A stretch of 64,000 nt of DNA, taken from NCBI GenBank assembly GCA_041690135.1, contig JAWLHY010000001.1, positions 96,001 to 160,000 on the forward strand, read 5' to 3'. The position numbers were made by a program, and so were the translations under genes. Source of the stretch: Armatimonadota bacterium. Its GTDB lineage: Bacteria; Armatimonadota; SYMT01. Each line of letters begins with the position of its first letter. Positions within the stretch are counted from its first letter, which is position 1. The notes beneath the pieces are model-generated. The model was not told the origin of the DNA. It saw nothing but the letters and a program-made list of their open reading frames with translations, and ran no database searches. Shown in pieces: positions 29,902-40,871 of the stretch.

Positions 29902-30262
29902 GTCGGCCGAGGCGTCCTCACCACAGAGGCACGGAGACACGGAGAAGACCACGGAGAGGGGAAGAGGAGAACCAGGTAGCAGAGCCCCTGGTGGGCGTTG
30001 GTCACGGTACGCGCTTGGAGTTTCCCGGGCTACCGTCTGATCACGGCCTGCCTGTCCTGGTCACGGTCTGGGCAATGGGGATCTCGGGCCCTGGTCGTGG
30101 GGACGGTGATCCTGCCCGGCGTGCGAACCCAGCACGCGGAATTCCGTGATTCGTTGTCGGGGTGGGGGGCGTGATGCGTGTCTCTGGCTCACACGATCGG
30201 CCGTGGGGGGCACGGAACCACGGAAGAGGGAAAAGGGAAGCGGATTGGGACAGCATCGTAGC

Positions 30263-31558
30263 ATGGGGGGCTGGGCGCGGGCCGGCCTGGCGCTGGCATT
30301 GATCGTACCGGCCGGGGCCACGCTGGCGGCGGACTGGCCGCACTGGCGCGGGCCGCAGCGCGCGGGCCTCACCACCGAGCTTTCCGGTTGGTCCGGCACG
30401 GCCTGGGCGGTCCGGCAGCCCGCCTGGAACGTGAGCCTGGGCCAGGGCTCTACCTCTCCCCTGGTGGTGGGGGACCGCGTCTACACCGCTGGTTGGGGAG
30501 GCGAGAAGGACCACGTCTACTGCCTCGATACCGCCACGGGCAAGACGGTGTGGGAACAGGCGTACCCCGCGCCCCGGTTCGGGCGCCACGCGATGGGTGA
30601 CCAGAACTTCTACTCCGGGATCTCCGCCAGCCCCGAGTATGATCCCGCCACCGGCTACCTCTACACCCTCGGGGCCGACGGCGCCCTCCACTGCTGGAAC
30701 ACGAAAGAGGGCGGGAAGCCGGTCTGGAACCTGAACCTCTACGACCAATACGGTGTCCCCCGCCGTCCCCAGGCGACCCGTCGCGGCGGTAGCCATCGCG
30801 ACTACGGCTACACCAGCGCGCCACTGGTGCACCAGGACTGGCTGATTGTGGAGGTTGGCGACGACGAGGGCGCCCTGATGGCTTTCGACAAGCGCACCGG
30901 CGAGCGCCGCTGGGCCTCCGAGAGCAAAGTCCCCGCAGGGCACTCCGGGGGACCGGTCCCGGTCACCGTCGAAGGCGTGCCGTGCGTGGCGGTCTACACC
31001 CTCCAGGGCCTCCTGGTCACCCGCCTCGACCCTCCGAACGCCGGCAAGACCGTGGCGGAATACGAGTGGATCACCGACTTCGCCAACAACATCCCCACGC
31101 CGGCGGTCCACGGCAGCAGCGTGCTGCTCACCTCCAACTACAACCAGCGCAAGATCGCCCGCCTCGACGTGACCCTCTCCGGCGCGAAGAAAGCCTGGGA
31201 GCAGCCGCTTTCTTCCGGCGTCTGCAGCCCCGTAGTCTACAAGGGCCACGTCTACTTCGCCAGCCGGGGCCTCAAGTGCTTCGACTTCAACTCCGGCGAG
31301 CTGAAGTGGGAGGGCGGCCGCTTTGGCGATGTGGCATCCCTGGTGGTGACCGGCGACGGCCGGCTGGTAGTCTGGGCCAACGAAGGCGACCTCGCCCTGG
31401 CCGAGACCGCGGAGCGCTCCCCGAACCAGTACACCGAACTGGCCTTCCTGCCCCGGATGTTCGCCACCGAAGTGTGGCCCCACGTCGTGCTTGCCAACGG
31501 CCGCCTCTACTGCAAGGACCGGGCGGGTAACCTGCGCTGCTTCGCCACCCGGCCGTAG
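30263..31558 (+). CDS. PQQ-like beta-propeller repeat protein
   Basis: ADWPHWRGP, TGK.VW blades, ANGRLYCKD. Confidence 0.88.
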   Translation: MGGWARAGLALALIVPAGATLAADWPHWRGPQRAGLTTELSGWSGTAWAVRQPAWNVSLGQGSTSPLVVGDRVYTAGWGGEKDHVYCLDTATGKTVWEQAYPAPRFGRHAMGDQNFYSGISASPEYDPATGYLYTLGADGALHCWNTKEGGKPVWNLNLYDQYGVPRRPQATRRGGSHRDYGYTSAPLVHQDWLIVEVGDDEGALMAFDKRTGERRWASESKVPAGHSGGPVPVTVEGVPCVAVYTLQGLLVTRLDPPNAGKTVAEYEWITDFANNIPTPAVHGSSVLLTSNYNQRKIARLDVTLSGAKKAWEQPLSSGVCSPVVYKGHVYFASRGLKCFDFNSGELKWEGGRFGDVASLVVTGDGRLVVWANEGDLALAETAERSPNQYTELAFLPRMFATEVWPHVVLANGRLYCKDRAGNLRCFATRP

Positions 31559-31887
31559 GGGTCCTTACCGCAAAGACGCAAAGAACCGCAAAGGGCCGCG
31601 GAGAGTAGACCGGAAGAAACAAGATGGATAGGATCAGCAGGATGTCGCGATCGTAGGCTATATAGGCCGTCTCGGTGTGCACGCCCGACCCAGGCGCCGG
31701 ACAGGGATCGAGATGCGGTCGTGGTCAACAAGAACTGATCCTGGTGCATGCCCGGAGTCCTCGAGATCTCGGGGACTGAAGTTGTCTTGTTCTCATTCCC
31801 TCCAGGATGCGCCCGCGGAAGACGCTTAAGCACGGGGTTGGGGCTTGACCAGGGACGGGGTGCCGCCGGGCCGGCCGGGGAAATAGT

Positions 31888-33740
31888 TCAAGTGAACCGC
31901 TGCGGCTGGTCTTTGAGCGGCAGCTCCATCCAGAAGGGAAGAGGCCCCAGCTCCGCTTCCGCACACAGGGCTTTCAACTCCTGGCGCTCCCCTTCCGGGG
32001 CTTCCCACAGGCAGCGGTGGAACTGCTTCATCGCCAGGTCCGTCTCGTAGGTGCCGTCCAGCTCTCCGCGAGCGCGCACGTACCGGATCAGCCACATCCC
32101 CGCCTCCAGGTAGCGTGCCTGCTCCCGAGCGAGGGCCGCCAGCATGGGGCACGCCAGAGAGCTGAAGCTGTCGCCGCCCATCTGCAGGTCCATCTCCAGG
32201 CACTGGAGATACCACGCTTCCGCGGCAGCGAAGTCCTTCCGGCCAAATGCCGCCATGCCGAGTCGCCGGTAGGTGAACTCCATATAACGTTCGTCCCCTC
32301 GGGCCTGGTGGATCGGTAGGGTCTTGAGATACCAGTACTCCTCGGCCTCATGATCCCGGAGGTCGCGCGCCACGCGTGCCAGGTTCCAGTAGGAAGTGAG
32401 CAACTGGGATTCGTTGCCCGCCTGCTCCCGGAGCGCCAGGGCTTTGCGGTGCAGGAGATCCGCATCCGTCAGGTTGGCCATGGAGGCCCACGCGTCGTAC
32501 GCTTCGGCGGCTTCGAGGGGGTCGCCGACCTCGCGGGCGACGGCTAGCGCCTTGCGGTGCCACTCCAGCGCTTCAGAGTGTGAGCGTAGCTTTCGGGACA
32601 TCCGGCCCAGTCGCCGGTAGAGAGGTGGGAGCTTCTCCTCGGCCCCCAACTCGCTCCAGAGCGCACACGCCTTGAGATACCACTGTTCGGCGGCCGGATA
32701 GTCCTTGCGGTCCTCCTCCACCCGGCCCAGCCGGTCGGTGAGAGCGGCCTCCTCCGCGGCCCGGCGGTTCTTCCTCGCTTCCGCCGTGAGCCCTTCGTAA
32801 AGCTGCCGGGCGGCCTCGTAGTTCCCCTCGTCCTGGGTATGACCGGCCAGCGCTTCGGTAAGAATGCCGAGCTCTGTCGCCATCTCCAGCCGCTGCGCTT
32901 CCTGGCGGGCACGGTGAAACGCCGCTTCGAAGAGCCGGAACGGATCGTACTCCGCATAGAGGGGGTGGAGCAGTCGATCGGTGGCGAACATCGCCATGGT
33001 GCGTGTGAAGGAGCGCACCCAAATCTCTCGTTCTTCCTCGTAGGAACGGCGCAAGGCGCGGGTGCGGAGGTGCTCCGTCAGGAAGGGATGGATCTGGTAG
33101 ATGGGTCCCTCCCACTCCGCGGCCAGGCCGGCGTCGCATAACGTCTGGAACAGGCACTCCACCTGGGATCGCGTCCGGGTGGCGTCCACGCCGCGCGCCA
33201 TCCCTTCGAGATGGCCGATGCTGACCCGGCCCTGAAACAACGAGAGGGGGACCAGGAGCGGCAGCAGCTCGGGTGAGAGGCGGTCCAGAACGGACTCCAC
33301 CATGCGCCAGGAACCCGACCTGCGGATCGTGGAGCGCTTCCCAGGGCCGCGCGAGGATGCGTGCGTCGTCGCTGGAGATCTGGAGATGGAGTCGGGCGTG
33401 CCCATCCCTCAACGCGTCCGCGTACATCCGACTAGCGCAGCGACCCCCGAAGAGCGCCATGAACGCCTGCCTGCCCCAGTCCCGGAAAGCCTCCTGCACC
33501 CGCTCCGCATGCTCCGTTTCCGGCGGGAACGGGTAGTCCAGGAACTTCTCCAGGTACCAGTGCAGCTCGCTCGTGAGGTCTCTCTCCGGCCGCCCCTCGA
33601 CCGGAAACCCGTTCGGGGAGGCGATGGCAGCCATCTCGCCCGCATCCTCGTCCCCCGGGCGCAGCACCTGAAACATCGGCGGGTCCGAGCCGGCGAGGTG
33701 CTGAATAACCAGGGTAGCGGGTGCGGTGGGGTGGGACACG
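31888..33740 (-). pseudogene. CHAT/NTPase/TPR protein remnant with internal deletion and frameshift near 33301
   Basis: N-terminal LHWYLEKFLDYP...PWEALHDP (pre-CHAT region) joins out of frame to winged-helix YQIHP and TPR repeats. Confidence 0.65.
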
Positions 33741-33917
33741 GCTGGGCTCCGGCAATAGGCTGCTGACAAGGCAAGATGCCTGCCGCTTCGTTCAACGACC
33801 ACGCCTGTGAACCCTGTGTGAGCTGACTTTTCCCTCCGGGGATTATCGCCAGATCTGGCAAAGGGAAAGGCGGGTGACTGTTCGAACGAGGGGTTAACGA
33901 TATCCCGGGAGGCTGCT

Positions 33918-35336
33918 ATGCAAGCGACAGGCGAGAAGAAGGACTCTCGAAAGTCATGGCTAGGTGGGATGACCCTGGCCGGATCCGGAAAGAACCGGTT
34001 CCCGGACTATGGTTGGGCCTACTTCAATTACCTGTTGGCAAAGTGCCAGGCGCTTAAACCGCCGGAGACGGATAAGGAGAAGCTCATCCGCCAGCAGATC
34101 GATGATCGCCTGAAGGCGATTGACGCGCGGGCGCAGGGCGACCTGTGCTGGAATGACCTGGCCGTGCTGGAGCGCTTGCTGATAGAGTTGGAGCCGGAAG
34201 CCAACGTGCGGCGAGAAGTTTGGACCGTGCGAGAACAGTACCGGGTGATCGTGGGCGCCGAAGAGTTTGCGAACTACGCGCTGTCCGGTCCCCCCGACCC
34301 TTCCACCGCCTCCGCAGCCGACCTCCGAGCGGATCTTGCCTGTCTGTTGGGCCGCATCCACCTCCACTATGACTTGAGGACGCAGAGCGAGCGCCTCAGA
34401 TCGCACCTGACGCGGTGGGCGGCGTTCTGGGCGGTGGTGGTCTTCCTGGTCGGCATGGTCTTGATCTACTCGGACTACAAGAAAACCCCGGATGCGTTTG
34501 TGAGCACTCTTCGGCAAGCCCATCTCAATGGCCCCGTCGTGAATCCTCCGGAGGCGCCGGCCGACCTGGCGATATCGGAGCGTAAGTATGCGACCCGGGC
34601 GCCCCTCCTTGCCTTCTGCATCATGATGGGGGCGCTGGGCGGGTTCATCAGCTTGATGCGGCGGATGCAGGCATCCGATCCTCGCGTGTGCGTGGGGGTC
34701 ACCCGGCTCATCCAGTTGGAGCACGGTCGCCACACGGTCATCCTGGCGCCGGTTACCGGAGCTATCTTCGCGGTGATCCTGTTCCTGATGTTTGCGGGAG
34801 GCGTGCTGCAGGGCCAGTTCTTTCCGCACATCTTCCCCGTGGACAACGAGAATGTAGCGAAGGCATTTCCGCAGGGGCTCACTTTTCGGCACTTTCTCGA
34901 CCTGGTGAAGCCTTCCCGCGCAGAGGATGTCGCATTGGTTTTGCTCTGGAGCTTCATGGCCGGCTTTGCGGAGCGACTGGTGCCGGATGCGCTGGAGCGG
35001 ATCGTAGGAAAGGGAACCGGAGGGTCTAACGGATCGGATCCGTTGGGTGCCGCCGGGACCCGCCTGGGCGGCTGGCCGCCGAGGGACGCGAATGCAGGAG
35101 CGGAGACTCCGCCTCCGGTTTCCGCGCGGAAAGAGCCTGGCGCGACAGGCAGGGGTAGGCACACCGACTTGGATGCCGATAAGCCATCCGAGACTGTCAC
35201 ACCAGCGGAGCCAGGGAAGAACGGTGAGAGCGAGGGTGGTGTAGACGACGATGCGGAAGAAAAAAATCCAACTGAGGCAGAGCGGAAGGAGCGAGTGGAG
35301 GGCGTAGAGGGCGCCAAGGTCAAAGATACCGGGTAG
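33918..35336 (+). CDS. Multi-pass membrane protein of unknown function
   Basis: RBS GGAGG; four hydrophobic segments, GALGGFIS, AGFAERLVP; acidic disordered tail. Confidence 0.8.
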   Translation: MQATGEKKDSRKSWLGGMTLAGSGKNRFPDYGWAYFNYLLAKCQALKPPETDKEKLIRQQIDDRLKAIDARAQGDLCWNDLAVLERLLIELEPEANVRREVWTVREQYRVIVGAEEFANYALSGPPDPSTASAADLRADLACLLGRIHLHYDLRTQSERLRSHLTRWAAFWAVVVFLVGMVLIYSDYKKTPDAFVSTLRQAHLNGPVVNPPEAPADLAISERKYATRAPLLAFCIMMGALGGFISLMRRMQASDPRVCVGVTRLIQLEHGRHTVILAPVTGAIFAVILFLMFAGGVLQGQFFPHIFPVDNENVAKAFPQGLTFRHFLDLVKPSRAEDVALVLLWSFMAGFAERLVPDALERIVGKGTGGSNGSDPLGAAGTRLGGWPPRDANAGAETPPPVSARKEPGATGRGRHTDLDADKPSETVTPAEPGKNGESEGGVDDDAEEKNPTEAERKERVEGVEGAKVKDTG

Positions 35337-35415
35337 CTGGAGTGAGTGTTTTCGCCGGTGCGTTTTCCCGTCACTTTGTCCCGGCACGACGCAGCCCAGC
35401 AACTGAGGAGTCATC

Positions 35416-36471
35416 ATGACACGCGCGGAATTCTTGAGCTCGCTCTCTTCGGCAGGGCTGTTGGGGGCGCTGGCGCTGGCGGACCTCGGGTCCGTGGGGG
35501 CCGCGGCGGCACAGGCTGGTGGTGCGGACAACCCGTGGTTGACGCTGCGGGGAGAGAAAGGTCCGGGAAAGGGCAAGAAAGTGGTCCTGATCGCCGGGGA
35601 CCAGGAGTACCGCTCCGAGGAAACCATGCCGCAGCTCGCGCGGATCCTGTCGCAGCGGCACGGGTTCGACTGCACGGTCCTCTTCTGCGTCGACCCGGAG
35701 GCCGGCACGGTCAACCCCAACATTAACCACATCCCCGGCCTGGAGAAGCTGCGGGATGCCGATCTGTTGATCATGTTCTGCCGCTGGCTCGACCTGCCGG
35801 ACGCGCAGCTCCAGCAGATCCTCGACTATGCGGAGAGCGGCCGGCCCATCGTGGGTCTGCGCACCTCCACGCACCCCTTCAACCTGAAGAGCCCCACCTA
35901 CCAGCGGTGGACCTGGAACAGCCAGGTGCCGGGCTTCGAGGGCGGGTTCGGGCGCGTGGTGCTGGGTGAAACCTGGGTGGCGCACCACGGCCACCACGGC
36001 AAGGAAGGGACCCGCGGGGTCCTGGCGCCCGGCCAGGAAGCCCATCCGGTGCTGCGCGGCATCACGCCCGGCAGCATCTTCGGGACCACGGATGTCTACA
36101 CCGTGCGCCTGCCGCTCCCCGGCGACAGCGTGCCGCTGGTACTGGGTCAGGTGACCGAAACCCTGGAGCCGGACTCGAAGCCGATAGAGGCGAAGAACAA
36201 CCCCATGATGCCCGTCGCGTGGACGAAGAGCTACCAGGGAGCTTCCGGCAAGAAGGCGCGGGTGTTCATGACCACCATGGGCGCTTCCCAGGACTTCGCC
36301 TACGAGGGCACCCGCCGGATGCTCGTCAACGGCGTCTATTGGGCGCTCGGCCTCGAAGGCAAGATCCCCGCCCGCTCCAACGTGGACCTCGTCGGCGACT
36401 TCAAGCCCAGCCCGTTCCGCTTCAAGAAGAGCGAAGAGTGGAAACCCGGCCGCAAACCGAGCGAATACTGA
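35416..36471 (+). CDS. ThuA-like domain protein
   Basis: GDQEYRSEE, VGLRTSTH, RVFMTTMG; Tat-like leader. Confidence 0.85.
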   Translation: MTRAEFLSSLSSAGLLGALALADLGSVGAAAAQAGGADNPWLTLRGEKGPGKGKKVVLIAGDQEYRSEETMPQLARILSQRHGFDCTVLFCVDPEAGTVNPNINHIPGLEKLRDADLLIMFCRWLDLPDAQLQQILDYAESGRPIVGLRTSTHPFNLKSPTYQRWTWNSQVPGFEGGFGRVVLGETWVAHHGHHGKEGTRGVLAPGQEAHPVLRGITPGSIFGTTDVYTVRLPLPGDSVPLVLGQVTETLEPDSKPIEAKNNPMMPVAWTKSYQGASGKKARVFMTTMGASQDFAYEGTRRMLVNGVYWALGLEGKIPARSNVDLVGDFKPSPFRFKKSEEWKPGRKPSEY

Positions 36472-36473
36472 TT

Positions 36474-36787
36474 TCACCGCAAAGGCGCAGAGTAACGCAG
36501 AGTGCCGCAAAGAGGAACCGCAGGAAGCGACTCTTCGACACGGATGAACACAGAGTTAACGGAAGGAACACGGATCCGAACCGGTAAAGGAACAAGATGA
36601 ACAGGATGGGCAGGATAAGCACACGTATCCTGCCCCTCCTTCCGTTACCTTCTATCCTGTGTCGGTTCCTTCCGGGTCTGGCTTCTCGTCTCTCTGTTCC
36701 CCTTCCGCGTACTTCCGCGTATTCCGCGGGCAGGATTGGGCTCTACGTTTCCCCCTCCTTTGCGGCCCTTTGCGTGCTTTGCGGTGA
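36474..36787. repeat. Nested imperfect inverted short-repeat region between convergent genes
   Basis: TCACCGCAAAG (36474-36484) / CTTTGCGGTGA (36777-36787) enclosing GGGCAGGATA / TATCCTGCCC and other 9-mer arrays. Confidence 0.7.
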
Positions 36788-36800
36788 GTGTCCTGGGAGG

Positions 36801-38132
36801 CTAACGGAGGTCGGCGATGGGTTTGGCGAAGCCTTCGATGCGGTTGGCATCCATTTCCAGCTTCTGCACGGCCGCCGCGATGCGCACGCCGACGCGCTGC
36901 ATGGGGGCGCGGGTCTCCGTGAGGGTGTTCCCGACGAGGCGGACCTCCTTGGTCTGGCCCTGGATGTCGATCGCCACCCCGTCCGGCCCGCCGCTGTCGG
37001 CGATGGTGTTCTTCTCGAGCAGGTTGCGGTTGGCCCAGAAGTCGCGGCCGCGGTTCTCGTCCCGGAAGAGGACGCCCACCTTGCCGCTGTTCCGGACCTC
37101 GTTGTGGCGCATCACGTTGTCCGTATCGCAGTGGCCGATGGAGATCCCGTAGTTGCGGGAGCCGTCGATGCGGTTGCCCTCCGCCAGCCCGTACTTCACG
37201 CCCCAGCACCAGAACAGGCCGATGGTGTTCCGCTCTAGCCGGCAGTTCCGGATGAGGGGCCGCTGCGAGCCGGAGCCGGGGTGGACCCCCAGGTCGGCGT
37301 TGTCGTGGCTGTGGCACTCATCCACCACCACGTCGTGACAGATCTGGAAACTGATGCCGTCGCCGTTGTAATTCCGGGTGATCAGCTTGCGGAAGGTGTA
37401 CCGGTTGCAGTCCTGGATGAAGATGCAGCCGCCGTAGTTGCCGTTGAAGTTCTCGCAATTGGCACGGTTGCCGTCCAGGACCAGGTTCTCGATGACCACG
37501 TCGGCGGTATGCTCGCTGGTGAGGAGTGGGAAGAGGCTGGCGCAGGTGGGATCGCCGGAGAGCCACACGTTGTCGCGCAGCCCGTCGTTCAGCTTGAACC
37601 GGTTGCCGGAGCGCGCCACCAGGGTCCGCTTAATCACCTTCTGCGTTCCGCTGTGCGCGTCTTTGACCTGGATCACCACGCCGTCGCCCACGCGGAAACC
37701 CTGGCTCCGCTTGAGGGTGATTTCCTGGTCGAACCAGTTGGAGTCGTCGCTGATCGCCACGCGCTCCGACGGAATCCGGGTGATCACCGTGTCGGGCCCG
37801 CTGCCGAGCAGCCGCAGCTGAGAGGGGAGGTGCACCGCGTTGCGCAGCGTGAAGGTGCCCGGAAGTAGCCGGACCGTCCCGCCGCCCATCCGCGCCACGT
37901 AGTCGACGGCGGCCTGCAGCACGCGGTCGTCCTTCCCGGAGAAGTCTCCGTCCTGGTTGCCGACCGTTAGCGTGAACCGCTCTTCCCAGTTTGGCTCGAA
38001 GCGCTCATCGCCGTCCGTGGCACGAGGGTTCGTCACCCGCGGCAGTTCCGCGGCGGCGCCCGAACCCAGGGCGGCGGCTACGATCCCGGCCTCTCCCAGC
38101 AGCATCCTGCGATTGATCCGTCGACTGGACAT
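36801..38132 (-). CDS. Right-handed parallel beta-helix protein (pectin-lyase-like), Tat-exported
   Basis: NRRMLL leader; LQAAVD...GGGTV.L.PG; repeated N...GI stacks. Confidence 0.85.
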   Translation of the reverse strand: MSSRRINRRMLLGEAGIVAAALGSGAAAELPRVTNPRATDGDERFEPNWEERFTLTVGNQDGDFSGKDDRVLQAAVDYVARMGGGTVRLLPGTFTLRNAVHLPSQLRLLGSGPDTVITRIPSERVAISDDSNWFDQEITLKRSQGFRVGDGVVIQVKDAHSGTQKVIKRTLVARSGNRFKLNDGLRDNVWLSGDPTCASLFPLLTSEHTADVVIENLVLDGNRANCENFNGNYGGCIFIQDCNRYTFRKLITRNYNGDGISFQICHDVVVDECHSHDNADLGVHPGSGSQRPLIRNCRLERNTIGLFWCWGVKYGLAEGNRIDGSRNYGISIGHCDTDNVMRHNEVRNSGKVGVLFRDENRGRDFWANRNLLEKNTIADSGGPDGVAIDIQGQTKEVRLVGNTLTETRAPMQRVGVRIAAAVQKLEMDANRIEGFAKPIADLR

Positions 38133-38328
38133 GGCGAGCCTCCAGGTGTTCAGGCCCCCCTGTGGGGGGTAAACGTTCAGGCACTCGGGCGTTTTAGGTG
38201 TGGGAGCTGCGGGTAGTCTGTGGCGCCGGCTCTTACTCCTACTCTTACTCCTACTCGCCCCTTACTCCTACACCCACTCCATCCTCGCAAGAGAAGGGGC
38301 GGATATCCAGCCTGCGGATAGAGGCGGA

Positions 38329-39645
38329 TCAGTTGCCCGGCTGGGAGAAGTGCTCCCGCAGGAACGCCTCCTGCCGCGCGGTGAAGCGGCGGTCGACGGC
38401 GTGGCCCATCAGGGGGAAGTTCATCATCTCCTTGGGCCCGCGCAGCACGTTGTACGCGGCGTAGACGGAGGTAGGGGAGCAGGTGCGGTCGATGAACCCG
38501 GCGGAGAGGAGCGCGGGGCCGCGGAACTGCCGGGCGAAATTGACGGCGTCGTAATACGCTGAAACGCGGGTGATGGCGTCGAGGTCTGCGGCCTTGCCGC
38601 CTTCGCCCAACTGCGGCCAGCCGGAGACCCGGCCCAGGGTGTAGCCGGTGTGGTCGCACATGGCCGGCACGTTGGCGGAGAGGACCGTCACCCGCGAGTC
38701 GACTCCGGCGGTGATGAGGGAGAGCGCGCCGCCCTGGCTGCTGCCGACCACGGCTAGGTGCTTGCCATTCCAGTCCGGGCGGCCGGTGAGGTAATCGAGG
38801 GCACGCACGCAGCCGAGGATCACGCGCTGGTAATAGAACGTCTCCCGATCGGTCTTCCCCAGGTGCGGATAACCCTTCAGCGGCCCGGCCTGGGCTTCCG
38901 TGTATTTCGCCGGCGGAAGGTCCACGTCCATATCGTGGACGGAGATGTTCATGGTCACCGCACCCAGGCGCGCATACTGGGTAGCGGGGCCCTGGGCGGA
39001 GACGCCGGCGCCGGGCACCACCAGGACGGCGGGGAACGGCCCCTGCTTCCGGGGCACACTAAGCCAGCCATAAACGCGGGAGTTCCGCACGTTTGCCAGG
39101 TTGATCTTGAAGACCTCCACTTCGTCGGTGGTGTGGCGCTCCGCGGGAGTCAGGCGCGCATCCATGGGTACGCCGGCCAGCTCCTTCTTGCCGGTCGCCC
39201 AGAATGCCTGGAAGTCTTCGGGGAGCTTTGCGGCGGGACGGATCTTTTCCGGAGAGAACCCGGCCGCGCCCAGGGCCACGGCGGTCCGGTCGCCCTTCTT
39301 CACCACCACGCGACACTGGAGGAAGCCGGGCTCCCGAAGTGTGCCGGTGACCGTAGCGCGGCCCTCGGCGTCCAGAGACGTCATCCGAGCGGGCCCCATT
39401 GCCTTAAAGCCGTCGTTCGTCAACTCGACCGCCGCCGAGGCGTTTGCCAGAGGGGTCTCTCCCTGGCGGACCTGGATTCGGAAGGTGGCCTCTTCCCCCG
39501 GGGCGTAGAGAGCTTCCGGACGATCCGTCACCACGGAGAGCTGAAGCGTGGGAGCGGCTTGCTGTGCAGCGGCGGCCACCGTGAGCGTTAGCGACGCGAG
39601 CAGCCGCGCAGGGTGGTGTTGGGGAGCTCGAAATGTCATCCGCAC
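38329..39645 (-). CDS. Acetylxylan esterase (AXE1/CE7-like)
   Basis: PEDFQAFW, GSSQGG, GFIDRTC.PTSVYAAYN, GH. Confidence 0.9.
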   Translation of the reverse strand: MRMTFRAPQHHPARLLASLTLTVAAAAQQAAPTLQLSVVTDRPEALYAPGEEATFRIQVRQGETPLANASAAVELTNDGFKAMGPARMTSLDAEGRATVTGTLREPGFLQCRVVVKKGDRTAVALGAAGFSPEKIRPAAKLPEDFQAFWATGKKELAGVPMDARLTPAERHTTDEVEVFKINLANVRNSRVYGWLSVPRKQGPFPAVLVVPGAGVSAQGPATQYARLGAVTMNISVHDMDVDLPPAKYTEAQAGPLKGYPHLGKTDRETFYYQRVILGCVRALDYLTGRPDWNGKHLAVVGSSQGGALSLITAGVDSRVTVLSANVPAMCDHTGYTLGRVSGWPQLGEGGKAADLDAITRVSAYYDAVNFARQFRGPALLSAGFIDRTCSPTSVYAAYNVLRGPKEMMNFPLMGHAVDRRFTARQEAFLREHFSQPGN

Positions 39646-40706
39646 TGCTCGTGTTCGAAGGCTTCGAGGGACTCAGCCCGGATTGCCGCCGTAAGCAACC
39701 GGTTGAGCTCCTCTGCATCATTGATCGCTTCCAGTGCGTCGCGGAGTGAGTCCGGCACCCGCTCGAAACGCACCAGGAGCGCACTCACTATCGCCTGGCG
39801 CAAGCCCTTTTCAATACCCTGTCCGATGCCTTGCTCGATGCCTAGTCGGAGGCCTTCCTCCCGGCCTTCCTCCCGGCCTTCCTCCCGGCCTTCCTCCCGG
39901 CCTTCCTCCCGGCCCTCCTCCCGGCCTTCCTCCCGGCCCTTTTCGATGCCGAGGCGCTCGATACTGGTGATGTACGGCATGCGTTTCTCCCCCTCGTACT
40001 GTTGTAGCGAATGATGGAACGTACGGTCAAGCTCTTCCGGAAGCGCCATCAACCAGTCGATTACTCGAAACAGTTCCAGGACTTCTTGCCGATTGAAACC
40101 GCGCTCATACAGGCCCCGTACGATCCGCAGCTTCCAGGCCAACCGGCTCTCGGGCGCTCCCTTCGTCTCCTGGGTCTTGAGGTGGGCCATCACCACGGGC
40201 GCGAAGGGGTTGGGGCTTTCTTCCAATTCTGCCCAGCCGTCCGCCAGATCGCACAGCTTCACAATCGGAAAGCGCAGGCCCGCCCGGCTCTCCCACACCT
40301 CATACTCGTACCGGTCCGGACGCCAATTGGGATCGTCGTCGGCGAGCACCGCCATACTGGCAACAGCGTGCCCATAGCGGTCGAAGATGCGGTAGTTATA
40401 GACGTACATGCGCCGCGGAAACTCGGGATCGATCCAGCCCTGGATTTCGAGGTGGATGAGGATCCACACTTCTTCACCGCTAACATGACGGACCTTGACG
40501 AGCTTGTCGGCCAGCCGCTTGCCCAGCTTGGCGTCGCGGACGATCTTCGCCAGCTCCTTGTCCAGGAACTCGTAGGGTTGAGACCAGTCGATCTCGGCAT
40601 TGGCCTTGGGAAAGAAGAAGGCCATGAACGCTGGAAAGAAGTGCTCGATCACCTCCTTCCAGGGGCTGTCGTATTCGTCGCTCGGATGTGCTTGGCGTCT
40701 CGGCAT
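39636..40706 (-). CDS. Rpn-family (PD-(D/E)XK, transposase_31-like) protein with EEGR repeats
   Basis: YDSPWKE, FLDKEL, ADKLVKV, ILIHLEIQ, FPRRMYVYNYRIFD, MPYITSIER. Confidence 0.9.
   Translation of the reverse strand: MPRRQAHPSDEYDSPWKEVIEHFFPAFMAFFFPKANAEIDWSQPYEFLDKELAKIVRDAKLGKRLADKLVKVRHVSGEEVWILIHLEIQGWIDPEFPRRMYVYNYRIFDRYGHAVASMAVLADDDPNWRPDRYEYEVWESRAGLRFPIVKLCDLADGWAELEESPNPFAPVVMAHLKTQETKGAPESRLAWKLRIVRGLYERGFNRQEVLELFRVIDWLMALPEELDRTFHHSLQQYEGEKRMPYITSIERLGIEKGREEGREEGREEGREEGREEGREEGREEGLRLGIEQGIGQGIEKGLRQAIVSALLVRFERVPDSLRDALEAINDAEELNRLLTAAIRAESLEAFEHEQCG
39853..39936 (-). repeat. 12-bp coding tandem repeat x7 (CCTTCCTCCCGG on +), encodes (REEG)n
   Basis: Seven copies, one with a single mismatch. 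Confidence 0.95.
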
Positions 40707-40871
40707 GTCGGGGTCCGCCGCTGTAGGTACTGCCAGGATGATCGGGTTGTCTGACGAAGGGTACCTCTCAATCAGGCATCCGTGAGAGAGCCTCCTCCCT
40801 TGAGATCTCAACAGACTGGCGGATGGCTCAGCCCGCAGGAGTTGATTTGCTGCCCGGGGAAGTGATGGGGT

